From positions 932,022-996,021 of the forward strand of contig OY282367.1 of NCBI GenBank assembly GCA_958295755.1: a stretch of DNA of 64,000 nt, in the 5' to 3' direction. The stretch's first letter is position 1. Every line of letters begins with the position of its first letter. The notes under the pieces are model-generated. The model saw only the letters and a list, made by a program, of their open reading frames with translations, was not told the origin of the DNA and searched no databases. This document shows, piece by piece, positions 35,967-44,712 of the stretch. Both the position numbers and the translations under genes were made by a program. The stretch comes from an uncultured Acidimicrobiales bacterium. GTDB taxonomy: Bacteria > Actinomycetota > Acidimicrobiia > Acidimicrobiales > Hopanoidiivorantaceae.

Positions 35967-36567
35967 TTCTTCAGAGTTTGGCTATGTAAGTGGCGATGAA
36001 GTGAGTCGCCCTAGAGCTCTTATCTCTGTGGCAGACAAGACTGGCATCGTGGAGTTAGCGAAATCGCTAGAGTCGTATGGCTGGGAAATCATAGCCTCTG
36101 GAGGCACCGCAGATCATCTGTTAGAAGCCGGTGTTGAGGTGACTTCGGTGACCGAAATCACAGATTTCCCTGAGATTTTAGACGGACGAGTAAAAACCAC
36201 ACATCCTAAAATCTTCGGCGGAATTTTGGCCGACAGAAATAACCTAAACCATTTGTACGATCTGGTGCAACAAGAAATTGATCCCATAGAGATGGTGGTT
36301 TGTAACTTTTATCCGTTTGAACAGATGCCTTCGCTTGAGATGATTGATATCGGCGGACCAGCGATGGTACGCGCTGCTGCTAAGAACTATGAGAATGTTT
36401 TGGTGCTTGTTTCTCCCAGCGATTACGCCCCTGTTCTGGAGGTAGTTTTGCCGTGGGAAAGTGCCACCGAAGATTTCTCGCCTGTGGAGATGCGCAGAAG
36501 TTTGGCGCGCAAAGCTTTTGAGATGGCCTCAGCATACGATGCTGCCATAGCTGAGTGGCTCAGCTGA
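35935..36567 (+). CDS. purH: PurH N-terminal part: IMP cyclohydrolase (MGS-like) domain; gene split from the transformylase part
   Basis: ALISVADKTGIVELA, SGGTA, GRVKTTHPKIFGGIL, IDIGGPAMVRAAAKN. It ends …AYDAAIAEWLS-TGA. The start is uncertain (35944 or 36001 are possible). Confidence 0.8.
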   Translation: MKAMSPSSVLDSSEFGYVSGDEVSRPRALISVADKTGIVELAKSLESYGWEIIASGGTADHLLEAGVEVTSVTEITDFPEILDGRVKTTHPKIFGGILADRNNLNHLYDLVQQEIDPIEMVVCNFYPFEQMPSLEMIDIGGPAMVRAAAKNYENVLVLVSPSDYAPVLEVVLPWESATEDFSPVEMRRSLARKAFEMASAYDAAIAEWLS

Positions 36568-37661
36568 ACATGGGAGACAGCGGGGAAGAATTCTCTGAAG
36601 TGTTGCCTGAGAGCATCAACCTTCAACTTGAAAAAGCCGAAGACTTGCGCTACGGCGAAAACCCGCATCAACAAGGAGCGCGGTATCGCTTCGTGGGGGC
36701 TGGCAGTTGGTTGGACACGGCCCAACAGCACGGGGGCAAACAGCTTTCGTATCTGAATTTGAACGATAGCGAAGCGGCGTGGAGCCTGGCTTGTGCACTA
36801 GATGGTGTGGAAGCTCAAGATGGTGCGGAGCTGGACAATGGTGCAGGGCTGGAAGACGGGCAACAGGGAGGCGGGCAGCAGGGCCAGTCAGCGGCGGTGA
36901 TTGTGAAACATGCCAACCCCTGCGGAGTAGCTATAGCTGAAGATATAGGTGTCGCTTGGGAGAGAGCGTATGCTTGCGACCCGAACTCTGCTTTCGGTGG
37001 AGTTGTGGCTCTAAGTCGCCCTGTGGATGCTAAGTTGGCTAAGAAAATCACGGAGAACTTCCTGGAAGTCTTGATTGCTCCTGGCTTTGAAGAAGCTGCT
37101 TTAGAAGTGCTAGCGAAAAAGAAGAACTTAAGAGTGATTGAAGCTTCGCAACCTCCAACCGCAACGCTTCATTTTCGCAGTATAGACGGCGGATTGTTGG
37201 TACAAAAAGCTACTGCGCTTCCAGATTTTTTGGCATTTCACAAACAGCTAGGTGCCGAGAGTTACGGTGAGGCTGGTATGGCAGAAATAGTCACCCGTCG
37301 CCCTCCCACAGAAGAAGAAATTCGTGACTTGGCGTTCGCGTGGGTGGTAGTGTCGGCCACTCAATCCAACGCAATAGTGTTAGCCAAAAACTTACAAGCT
37401 GTAGGAATAGGGGCAGGCCAGCAAAACCGCAAAGACGCAGCAATGCTGGCAGCTTTCAAAGCCGATGTGCGAGCCGCAGGATCTGCGTGTGCTAGCGATG
37501 CTTTCTTTCCTTTCAGAGATGGCTTGGATCAAGTAGGTGAGGCAGGATGCACGGCTGTGATACAGCCGGGTGGCTCAATCCGAGACGAAGAAGTAATCGC
37601 AGCAGCTGATGAACACAATCTGGCAATGATTTTCACCCACCAAAGGCGATTCCTGCACTAG
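36555..37661 (+). CDS. purH: PurH C-terminal part: AICAR transformylase domain, in a different frame
   Basis: LRYGENPHQ, VKHANPCGVA, and the C-terminal RRFLH. It overlaps the upstream part by 13 nt in another frame. Confidence 0.8.
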   Translation: MAQLNMGDSGEEFSEVLPESINLQLEKAEDLRYGENPHQQGARYRFVGAGSWLDTAQQHGGKQLSYLNLNDSEAAWSLACALDGVEAQDGAELDNGAGLEDGQQGGGQQGQSAAVIVKHANPCGVAIAEDIGVAWERAYACDPNSAFGGVVALSRPVDAKLAKKITENFLEVLIAPGFEEAALEVLAKKKNLRVIEASQPPTATLHFRSIDGGLLVQKATALPDFLAFHKQLGAESYGEAGMAEIVTRRPPTEEEIRDLAFAWVVVSATQSNAIVLAKNLQAVGIGAGQQNRKDAAMLAAFKADVRAAGSACASDAFFPFRDGLDQVGEAGCTAVIQPGGSIRDEEVIAAADEHNLAMIFTHQRRFLH

Positions 37662-37699
37662 TAGCAATTTCTTTGGCTAGCTTTCTTTGGCTAGCTCTG

Positions 37700-39121
37700 T
37701 CAAACTATCTCAGCTGGCAAATATTGCGAAGCTTGGGGAAAGCGATTGAGATACTGCCGCGCTTCAGCCGCGAAAGCCTGAACTTGCTTTTGGGCAGCAC
37801 TGGTATCTGGGGCGGCAAGCAAAGTTTTAACTTCGGCTGCTGTCATCGGAAAATCAGTGTCGGCACCTAAGCTATTTGCCACCCTGCTTATTTTTCCCTC
37901 GCTAGCTTTCAAATCCTCGCTTGCTTTCAAATCGGTAGCAAGATGCTTCCTCAAAATGCTGTGAGCCTCTTCACGCCCTAACCCCTTATCTACTACGACT
38001 GCTAATAGCCGGCTAGACGCAAGAGGCACCAAGTTTGCGTCAATCTCATCCCTTAGTGAATCTTCAAAAACTTCTAGCGAATCTAAGACTGAGATAAAAG
38101 TTTCAAAGATGGCATCGCAAGTGTAAAAAGCGTCAGGTAGCATCACTCTGCGCACTACTGAACAGCTCACATCGCCTTCGTTCCACTGCGACCCCGACAG
38201 CTCAACAGCCATAGCCATGTGTCCGCCCAGAATGATCTTCAGCCCGCCAATCCGCTCGCAAAGTCGGGCGTTCATTTTGTGGGGCATAGCTGAAGATCCG
38301 ACTTGTTCATCTGCAAAACCTTCACGCAAATGCCCTTGACCAGCCATCAGCCGCAAAGTAGTAGCCAAACTTACCGGCCCCGACACTAAATGAAGCAAGC
38401 AAGATACGACTTCGGCATCTATAGAGCGAGGATAGATTTGCCCGACTGCTCCTAGGCAGGTTTCGAACCCGAGTTCGGCTGCCACACGCCTTTCCAACTC
38501 TTCAACTTTGGTGTGGTCACCGTCAAACATCTCAAGCAGGTCTTGCTGAGTGCCGACTGCGCCCTTTATACCTCGCAGTTTCTGCCGCTCTAGGAGGCTG
38601 TCTAAGGCTTTCAAACTTTCGAGAAGCTCCTCCCCCGCTGCGGCAAATCGTTTGCCTAAAGTTGAGGTTTGAGCAACAACATTATGGGTGCGCGCCGCCA
38701 CCGGCACTTCGCAAAATTCCTCAGCTAGTGATGTCAGGCGGCACAGGGCAGCCTCAGCTTTAGACTGCACCTGCAACAGTGCTTCACGCACTAGAGTCTG
38801 CTCAACATTATCGGTAACATCACGAGAGGTGAGGCCGCGATGAATGTGCTCGTATCCGGCTAGAGCGCAATATTCCTCTATGCGAGCTTTCACATCGTGG
38901 CGGGTGATGCGCTCGCGGGCGGCGATGGACGCTAAATCAATCTGGTCTAAGTTGGCACGAAAAGCTTCTACTGCTTCTGCTGGAATAGCCACCCCTAAGT
39001 TTCTTTGAGTTTCCAGCACGCAGAGCCAGAGTTTGCGCTCGCGCAACACTTTGGCTTCTGGCGACCAGAGAGAGACCATAGCATCGCTCGCGTATCGCGT
39101 CGCTAATATGTTTTGTGTCAT
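37700..39121 (-). CDS. purB: Adenylosuccinate lyase
   Basis: MTQNILATRYAS…, SSAMPHKMN. The ORF stays open upstream to 39277, but that extension derives from a duplicated fragment. Confidence 0.9.
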   Translation of the reverse strand: MTQNILATRYASDAMVSLWSPEAKVLRERKLWLCVLETQRNLGVAIPAEAVEAFRANLDQIDLASIAARERITRHDVKARIEEYCALAGYEHIHRGLTSRDVTDNVEQTLVREALLQVQSKAEAALCRLTSLAEEFCEVPVAARTHNVVAQTSTLGKRFAAAGEELLESLKALDSLLERQKLRGIKGAVGTQQDLLEMFDGDHTKVEELERRVAAELGFETCLGAVGQIYPRSIDAEVVSCLLHLVSGPVSLATTLRLMAGQGHLREGFADEQVGSSAMPHKMNARLCERIGGLKIILGGHMAMAVELSGSQWNEGDVSCSVVRRVMLPDAFYTCDAIFETFISVLDSLEVFEDSLRDEIDANLVPLASSRLLAVVVDKGLGREEAHSILRKHLATDLKASEDLKASEGKISRVANSLGADTDFPMTAAEVKTLLAAPDTSAAQKQVQAFAAEARQYLNRFPQASQYLPAEIV

Positions 39122-39149
39122 CGCCGCATTTTCGGGGCTGCTACTACGC

Positions 39150-39390
39150 CTGTCGTCGTAGTGGGGTTGCTCAAGCGGTGAAGGACTCGGCAAAATCACA
39201 GGTGCGTGGGGAGTGTCTTCGTTCAGCCAGTTATCTATAGTGGCGGTGCGCTCAGAAGTGGCGACTGAGTTTGACATAGCTGACTTTCCTTCCTCCCCGC
39301 TTCAGTCTAACAGATCCCAGCCTGCAACTTACGGCAATTTACAAAGTAAAGCTAACTCCCGATAGCCCTATGTTTCAGCGAACCCTAGCT
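39150..39390. repeat. Chimeric partial duplicate of the neighbouring oxidoreductase gene (internal fragment joined to the 5' end/upstream region)
   Basis: 39150-39240 resembles 40344-40434, and 39244-39390 resembles 41695-41843, both at about 85-90% by eye. At protein level, MSNSVATSE plus IDNWLNE.T.HA.VILP..SPLEQPHYD is shared. Confidence 0.8.
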
Positions 39391-39433
39391 TGCAAAAGGG
39401 AAGCTCAGGCAAAAGGGAAGTTCAGACTGAAGT

Positions 39434-41728
39434 TCAGCCAACAGGCGCGACCTCCACAGGGATACCATTCACAGCAGCGTTGCCGGAGATTGCATCTACG
39501 AAAGTGCCGGGTGCCAATATGTTGTTGTTGATACCGGCATGTTCTGAAGCTATGGAAAGCCGGGCACCTGATTTGTTGTGCCCCCAGCCGTGTGGCAAAC
39601 TGACTACGCCAGCTTTGATGCCTTCGGTTACTTCCACTGGCACCTCAACTGTGCCAGCTTCAGATGAAACCTGCGCTAAAGAGCCGTCTGTTACACCTGT
39701 GCGTTTGGCATCGTCGGGGTGTATCAGCAGAGTGCATCGATCTTTACCCTTCACTAACACCTTCACATTGTGCATCCAAGAATTATTAGAGCGCACATGC
39801 CGGCGACTTACCAACACGAGGCCTTCGGCTGTGCCGCTAGCGCTGCCATTTGTGCTGGCGGTGCTGCTAGTGCTTCGCGAACGCTCCACGCGGGCTTTAA
39901 GGCGAGGCAGGTCACCGAGGATGTATTCGGGGGCAATCTCAATCATGCCTGATGGCGTGTGCAAAATATCGCGGACTCTAGGCAGCATCGGCCCCATATC
40001 TATGCCGTGAGGGTTGTCTTTGAAATGTTGCAGAGTGAGACCTTCTGGATTCTCACCGTAACGGTCGCCCCAAGGACCCACACGAATCATGAAGTCGGCC
40101 ATGCGCTCGGGTCCGCCGCTTTCATAGTGAGACAGGACATGTTCGGGATCCATCTGGAAGTACGCACACAGACCCGATAGGAAGCCATCGTCAATAGTTG
40201 CCAGATCGAAGGTTTCTTCGTCCATGCCAGCTAGGTATGCTCCCAAGCGAGTTAGTATCTCCCACTCTTGAGGATGATCGTCTGAAGGCGGGAAAATGGC
40301 TGGCGAATAGTTGCCTGCGCTTCGCACCGCCCACGACCAAATCATCTCGTCGTAGTGAGGTTGTTCAAGCGGTGAGAGACCCGGCAAAATCACATGTGCG
40401 TGGCGAGTGGTTTCGTTCAGCCAGTTGTCTATAGAAATCATGCACTCTAGTTGCGGAAGGGCTTCGTCTAGAGCTTCAGGTTCGGGCGAGCTGATGACTG
40501 GATTGCCCGCTATTGTTATTAAGCCTTTGATCTGGCCATCGCCAGGTGTGCCTATCTCTTCGCTGAGACACGAAACTGGCACTTGACCTAAAACCTCTGG
40601 GGCACCTCGCACTCGGCTGTGCCAGCGACCGAACTCTTGCTCTGAAGGTGGCTCGAAGTTGAGAGTTGCCATTGCTGGTGCTATTGGAGTGCCGAACATC
40701 AGCCCGCCTGGGCGGTCGAAGTTGCCTGTGATGATGTTGAGCACATCAATGAGCCAAGAAGCTAGAGTGCCGAACTCTTGATTGCAAAGCCCGATGCGAC
40801 CATAAACAATCGCACAAGGAGCCGCAACTACTTCTCGGGCAATTCTGCGTATCGTCTCGGCAGGGATGTCGCAAGTTTCCGACACCCATTCAGGTGAAAA
40901 ATCTTCGGCAACTTTGCGTAAATCCTCGAGGCCGCTTACGATTTCGCTCACATCGCCAAGGTCGACTAAGTCTTCTTCAAAGATGGTGTGAGCCATCGCC
41001 AGCAGAAACGCCGCGTCTGTGCCTGGCACGATGGGCACCCATTCGTCGGCGTGGTTGCAGGTGCCGGTACGCACGGGATCGACCACAACACACTTGCCGC
41101 CTCGCTCGCGCACTTTGTCCATTTCGCCGAGCACATCGGGGCAGGCCAGCAGACTGCCTTGCGAAGCGTGCGGATTGGCACCCATTACGAGGAAATAGCT
41201 GGTGCGGGGAAGGTCAGGCGCGGGGATTACCCAAGAGTTGCCGTACATGAGCCTGCAAGACACATTCTTGGGCCACTGATCTATAGTGCCGGCCGAATAG
41301 CAGACATCTAGTCCGGCGAGAGCTTGAAAAAGTCCGATATAGCGACCGAGCGAGAAGTTGTGAACTGTGGGATTGCCCACATAGTAAGTAAAGGCAGACT
41401 TGCCGTGTCGCTCGAGAACGCCGTCAATCAGCTCTTTGCAGCGGGCGAAAGCCTCTTCCCAGGTGGCTTCACGCCAAACGTCTCTCTCACGGATCATGGG
41501 CTCGCGGAGCCTGTCGGGGTCGTGATAGATGTGACCTAGCGTGGTGCCCTTGGGGCAGATATATCCTTTGCTCCAAACATCGTCTCTGTCGGGGCGAATG
41601 AGTTTGACCTCTTCGTTTTCAACATGAATTTGTAGCCCACACATGGCCTCACAAAGCGGACATGTGCGTATATGGACTTCTCTTTCAGAAGTTTCGGTGT
41701 GCTCAGAAGTGGCGACTGAATTTGACAT
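39434..41728 (-). CDS. Molybdopterin (bis-MGD) oxidoreductase family protein
   Basis: 764 aa with an N-terminal 4Fe-4S motif CPLCEAMCGL. Size and layout match formate-dehydrogenase/nitrate-reductase-like enzymes. The substrate cannot be inferred. Confidence 0.85.
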   Translation of the reverse strand: MSNSVATSEHTETSEREVHIRTCPLCEAMCGLQIHVENEEVKLIRPDRDDVWSKGYICPKGTTLGHIYHDPDRLREPMIRERDVWREATWEEAFARCKELIDGVLERHGKSAFTYYVGNPTVHNFSLGRYIGLFQALAGLDVCYSAGTIDQWPKNVSCRLMYGNSWVIPAPDLPRTSYFLVMGANPHASQGSLLACPDVLGEMDKVRERGGKCVVVDPVRTGTCNHADEWVPIVPGTDAAFLLAMAHTIFEEDLVDLGDVSEIVSGLEDLRKVAEDFSPEWVSETCDIPAETIRRIAREVVAAPCAIVYGRIGLCNQEFGTLASWLIDVLNIITGNFDRPGGLMFGTPIAPAMATLNFEPPSEQEFGRWHSRVRGAPEVLGQVPVSCLSEEIGTPGDGQIKGLITIAGNPVISSPEPEALDEALPQLECMISIDNWLNETTRHAHVILPGLSPLEQPHYDEMIWSWAVRSAGNYSPAIFPPSDDHPQEWEILTRLGAYLAGMDEETFDLATIDDGFLSGLCAYFQMDPEHVLSHYESGGPERMADFMIRVGPWGDRYGENPEGLTLQHFKDNPHGIDMGPMLPRVRDILHTPSGMIEIAPEYILGDLPRLKARVERSRSTSSTASTNGSASGTAEGLVLVSRRHVRSNNSWMHNVKVLVKGKDRCTLLIHPDDAKRTGVTDGSLAQVSSEAGTVEVPVEVTEGIKAGVVSLPHGWGHNKSGARLSIASEHAGINNNILAPGTFVDAISGNAAVNGIPVEVAPVG

Positions 41729-41804
41729 AGCTGATTTCCTTTCTCCCCGTTTCAGTCTAGCAAATCTCAGCCTGGCTACTTACGGCAACTTACAAAGTAA
41801 AGCA

Positions 41805-41813
41805 CCCCCCCCC
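41805..41813. repeat. Homopolymer tract: C9 on the plus strand, G9 upstream of the oxidoreductase gene
   Basis: Counted by eye: aagca-CCCCCCCCC-gatagcc, 77 nt upstream of the ATG at 41728. The paralogous copy at about 39352-39360 has taactccc instead. Confidence 0.9.
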
Positions 41814-41837
41814 GATAGCCGTATGTTTCAGCGAACC

Positions 41838-42836
41838 CTAGCTGTTTCGTGCCTGCAGTGCCTCTATCAACTTTGGCAGCACCTTGTGCAGATCTCCTAC
41901 GATGCCCAAATCAGCTACGGCAAAAATAGGTGCCTCTGGGTCTTTATTGATGGCAATGATATTCTTAGCCCCCTTCATTCCAACTAGATGCTGAGTAGCA
42001 CCTGAAATACCACAAGCCACATACACACTCGGTTTCACAACCTTGCCTGTCTGGCCAACCTGGTAGGAATACGGCACCCAGCCAGCATCCACGATGGCTC
42101 GTGAAGCACCTGGAGCTCCACCTAATAGAGAAGCCAGAGTATCGATCAGCTGGTAATTCTCAGCAGAACCAAGCCCTCGTCCGCCTGAGACCACGATGTC
42201 AGCTTCGTCTAGTTTGGGGCCTTGGGTTTCTTCAGCGAACCGGTTTAGAATTTCTGCCTCGGCCGTGCGTCCAGTCTCGCCAGCAGCTAGGTCGTTTGTT
42301 TCTGCTGGTTCGCCGCCTGTCTCTTCAGCCACAAACGATTTGGGTCGCACCAAAAAAATTGGCAAGGCATCTCCGGTGAAGCGTGTTTGAACATTGACTA
42401 CTCCACCGAACGCAGGCTCGGTGGCTTCCAGAGAAGCCGCGTCAGTGCCGTGAAGTTCCACCACATTGGTGAGCACCGGAGCGTCTAGCTTCACAGAGAG
42501 TCGCCCTGCTACATCTCGCCCGTCATAGGTGGTGCCGAAAAGCACAGCATCGGGCTTTGGCGTGCCCATTGCCCATGCCTCAACCATGGCAGATGCCACT
42601 TTGGGGCCAGCTAGTTTGGTGCCCAAATCGCCCGTGGCGTGAACTTTTATTACGCCGTGCGCGCCTAGCTCGGCTGCGACTGTTTGACCGTCACCCGCAA
42701 ACACAGCCTCTACGGGGCCAAGCTCGCGAGCTTTGGCAGCAAGCTCTAAAGTGATGGGGGCGACTTTGCTATTTGCTTGGCCGTTTGCTTGGCTGTTTGA
42801 TGAGCCGCCAGATGTTTCTGCATATATCCAAATCAT
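41838..42836 (-). CDS. etfA: Electron transfer flavoprotein alpha subunit
   Basis: ACGISGATQHLVGM; 332 aa; follows etfB. Confidence 0.93.
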   Translation of the reverse strand: MIWIYAETSGGSSNSQANGQANSKVAPITLELAAKARELGPVEAVFAGDGQTVAAELGAHGVIKVHATGDLGTKLAGPKVASAMVEAWAMGTPKPDAVLFGTTYDGRDVAGRLSVKLDAPVLTNVVELHGTDAASLEATEPAFGGVVNVQTRFTGDALPIFLVRPKSFVAEETGGEPAETNDLAAGETGRTAEAEILNRFAEETQGPKLDEADIVVSGGRGLGSAENYQLIDTLASLLGGAPGASRAIVDAGWVPYSYQVGQTGKVVKPSVYVACGISGATQHLVGMKGAKNIIAINKDPEAPIFAVADLGIVGDLHKVLPKLIEALQARNS

Positions 42837-43616
42837 TTAGAGCACCTTTAACTCTTCCAGGAAAGTGATCAGCCGCTCGTGGGCGTCGCCTTCGTCTTCT
42901 ATTACTTCTCCGCCTTGACGAGCTGGAGCGTCTGCTATGGCAGTGATTTCTTGACCTGCCCCCGCCCAGCCGACTGATTCTGCTGGTATGGCTAAGTCTT
43001 CCAGACTTGGCTGAGCTAGCGGCTTTGACTTGGCAGCCATGATGCCTTTGAATGATGGAAAACGAGGCTCCACCACGCCAGCTGTTACTGATACCACGCA
43101 AGGCAGGGGGCAGACGACTTCGTCATATCCCTCTTCGGTTTGGCGTTGCACATGGACGTTACCGTTTTGCACTTCCACCGCTTTGGCAAATGTCACCGAA
43201 GGCCATCCCAATAGCTCAGCGATTTGTTCGGGCACGGTGCCTGTATAGCCATCGCTGGATTCTGTAGCTGCAATTACGAGATCAGGTGAGGCTTGTGCAA
43301 TGGCAGCAGCGAGAACCTTGGCGGTCGCCAGCGAATCGCTTCCGAGAAGCCTAGAGTCGCTCACCAAAATAGCGTCTTCGGCACCCATCGCAAGAGCGGT
43401 TCGCAAACCGTTGGTCTCTTCGTGCGGTGCCATAGACACGAGAGTTACCGACCCCTGCTCTGCTGCGTCTGCTAGCTGCAGACCGATCTCAACGCCGTAG
43501 CTGTCAGACTCGTCCAAGATGAGCTTCACATCTCTTTTGAGTGTTTTAGTTTCGGGGTTGAGTTCTGAGGGATCGGCTGGGTCTGGAATTTGTTTAGCGC
43601 AAACAACAATTTTCAT
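42837..43616 (-). CDS. etfB: Electron transfer flavoprotein beta subunit
   Basis: MKIVVCAKQIPD; 259 aa. Confidence 0.93.
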   Translation of the reverse strand: MKIVVCAKQIPDPADPSELNPETKTLKRDVKLILDESDSYGVEIGLQLADAAEQGSVTLVSMAPHEETNGLRTALAMGAEDAILVSDSRLLGSDSLATAKVLAAAIAQASPDLVIAATESSDGYTGTVPEQIAELLGWPSVTFAKAVEVQNGNVHVQRQTEEGYDEVVCPLPCVVSVTAGVVEPRFPSFKGIMAAKSKPLAQPSLEDLAIPAESVGWAGAGQEITAIADAPARQGGEVIEDEGDAHERLITFLEELKVL

Positions 43617-43669
43617 TTCTCAAGTGTATATCTGAAATCGCAACTTCAGATAGCCTAGAAAACCTGAAC

Positions 43670-44644
43670 TTGCTGCTTTTAGTTAACCCTTATGCTTCGG
43701 CGGTTTCACCTAGGGTGCATGCTCGTATCAGGCGTTTGCTAGGTAAGGATCACTTTCTGGCTGAAGAACTTACTAGCGAACGAGGGCACGCCACCGAGAT
43801 AGCCAAGAATGCCTCTAAAGAAGGTGCTGAAGCTGTGTTTGTGCTGGGCGGAGACGGCACCTTGAACGAAGTGGCTAACGGATTGCGAGGCACCAAGACG
43901 GTCCTCGCGCCGCTACCGGGTGGTTCCACGAATGTGCTGGCTCGTTCGTTAGGAATTCCCATGAATCCCGTAGATGCTACTGAGCTAACTTTGAATGCCT
44001 TGCAAAGGTGCGAGTATTCGCAGATCGGGCTCGGATCGGTGAATGAACGAAGGTTTTTGTTTCATGCTGGTGTGGGATTTGATGCCAAAGTTGTAGAGCT
44101 GGTGGAAAGGCGTGCCGACCTGAAGCGGTGGCTGCGACACCCTCTGTTCATTTGGGAAGCTGGAGCGTCTTGGCTATGGCATTTCGACAAAAAAAACACG
44201 CGCTTTGAAGCTTCGTTTAACCAGAAGGCTGAAAATCTCCACAAATCTAAGATGAGAAGGCGAAAATTTTCTTTGCGGAAGCAGACGGGGGGAGAAGAGT
44301 TTGCCGGAGGGCAGTTGGCTGTGTGTCTTAATACCAGCCCATATACCTATCTGGGCAACCGTCCTCTTGACATCGCCCCAGATGCCAACTTAGACAGCGA
44401 TCTAGTGCTTGCTTTTGTACATTCCCTGAGTGCGTTCGGGCTGATTCGCTTAGCTATGAAAGCTTTACGCGGTGGCAATCGCCTCAAGAAAGATTGGAGA
44501 GTGGATTATCGCTGCGACTTGAAGTCGTTCTCTATTACTAGCCACATACCGGTGCCCTATCAAGTAGATGGCGACTTCGTGGAATGCGCCACACATTTGG
44601 ATTTCCGTTATGATGCTGAAGCTCTTTGGCTTCTGCGACCCTAA
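43670..44644 (+). CDS. Diacylglycerol/lipid kinase family protein (YegS/BmrU-like)
   Basis: VFVLGGDGTLNEVANGL; TTG start. Confidence 0.82.
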   Translation: MLLLVNPYASAVSPRVHARIRRLLGKDHFLAEELTSERGHATEIAKNASKEGAEAVFVLGGDGTLNEVANGLRGTKTVLAPLPGGSTNVLARSLGIPMNPVDATELTLNALQRCEYSQIGLGSVNERRFLFHAGVGFDAKVVELVERRADLKRWLRHPLFIWEAGASWLWHFDKKNTRFEASFNQKAENLHKSKMRRRKFSLRKQTGGEEFAGGQLAVCLNTSPYTYLGNRPLDIAPDANLDSDLVLAFVHSLSAFGLIRLAMKALRGGNRLKKDWRVDYRCDLKSFSITSHIPVPYQVDGDFVECATHLDFRYDAEALWLLRP

Positions 44645-44712
44645 CCCTCCCCCACCTCTCACTCTCTAGTCACTTTTCACTCTCTAGTGACTGGCGACTC
44701 TCTAGTCACTTT

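Noticed and set aside
37700-39277. A 525-aa PurB with a 52-aa N-terminal extension as the real gene model
   Set aside because: The extension derives from a duplicated oxidoreductase fragment, and the canonical PurB N-terminus begins at ATG 39121. It is kept as a finding rather than as the gene model.
39390-40010. A 206-aa plus-strand ORF
   Set aside because: It is antisense to the C-terminal part of the molybdopterin oxidoreductase.
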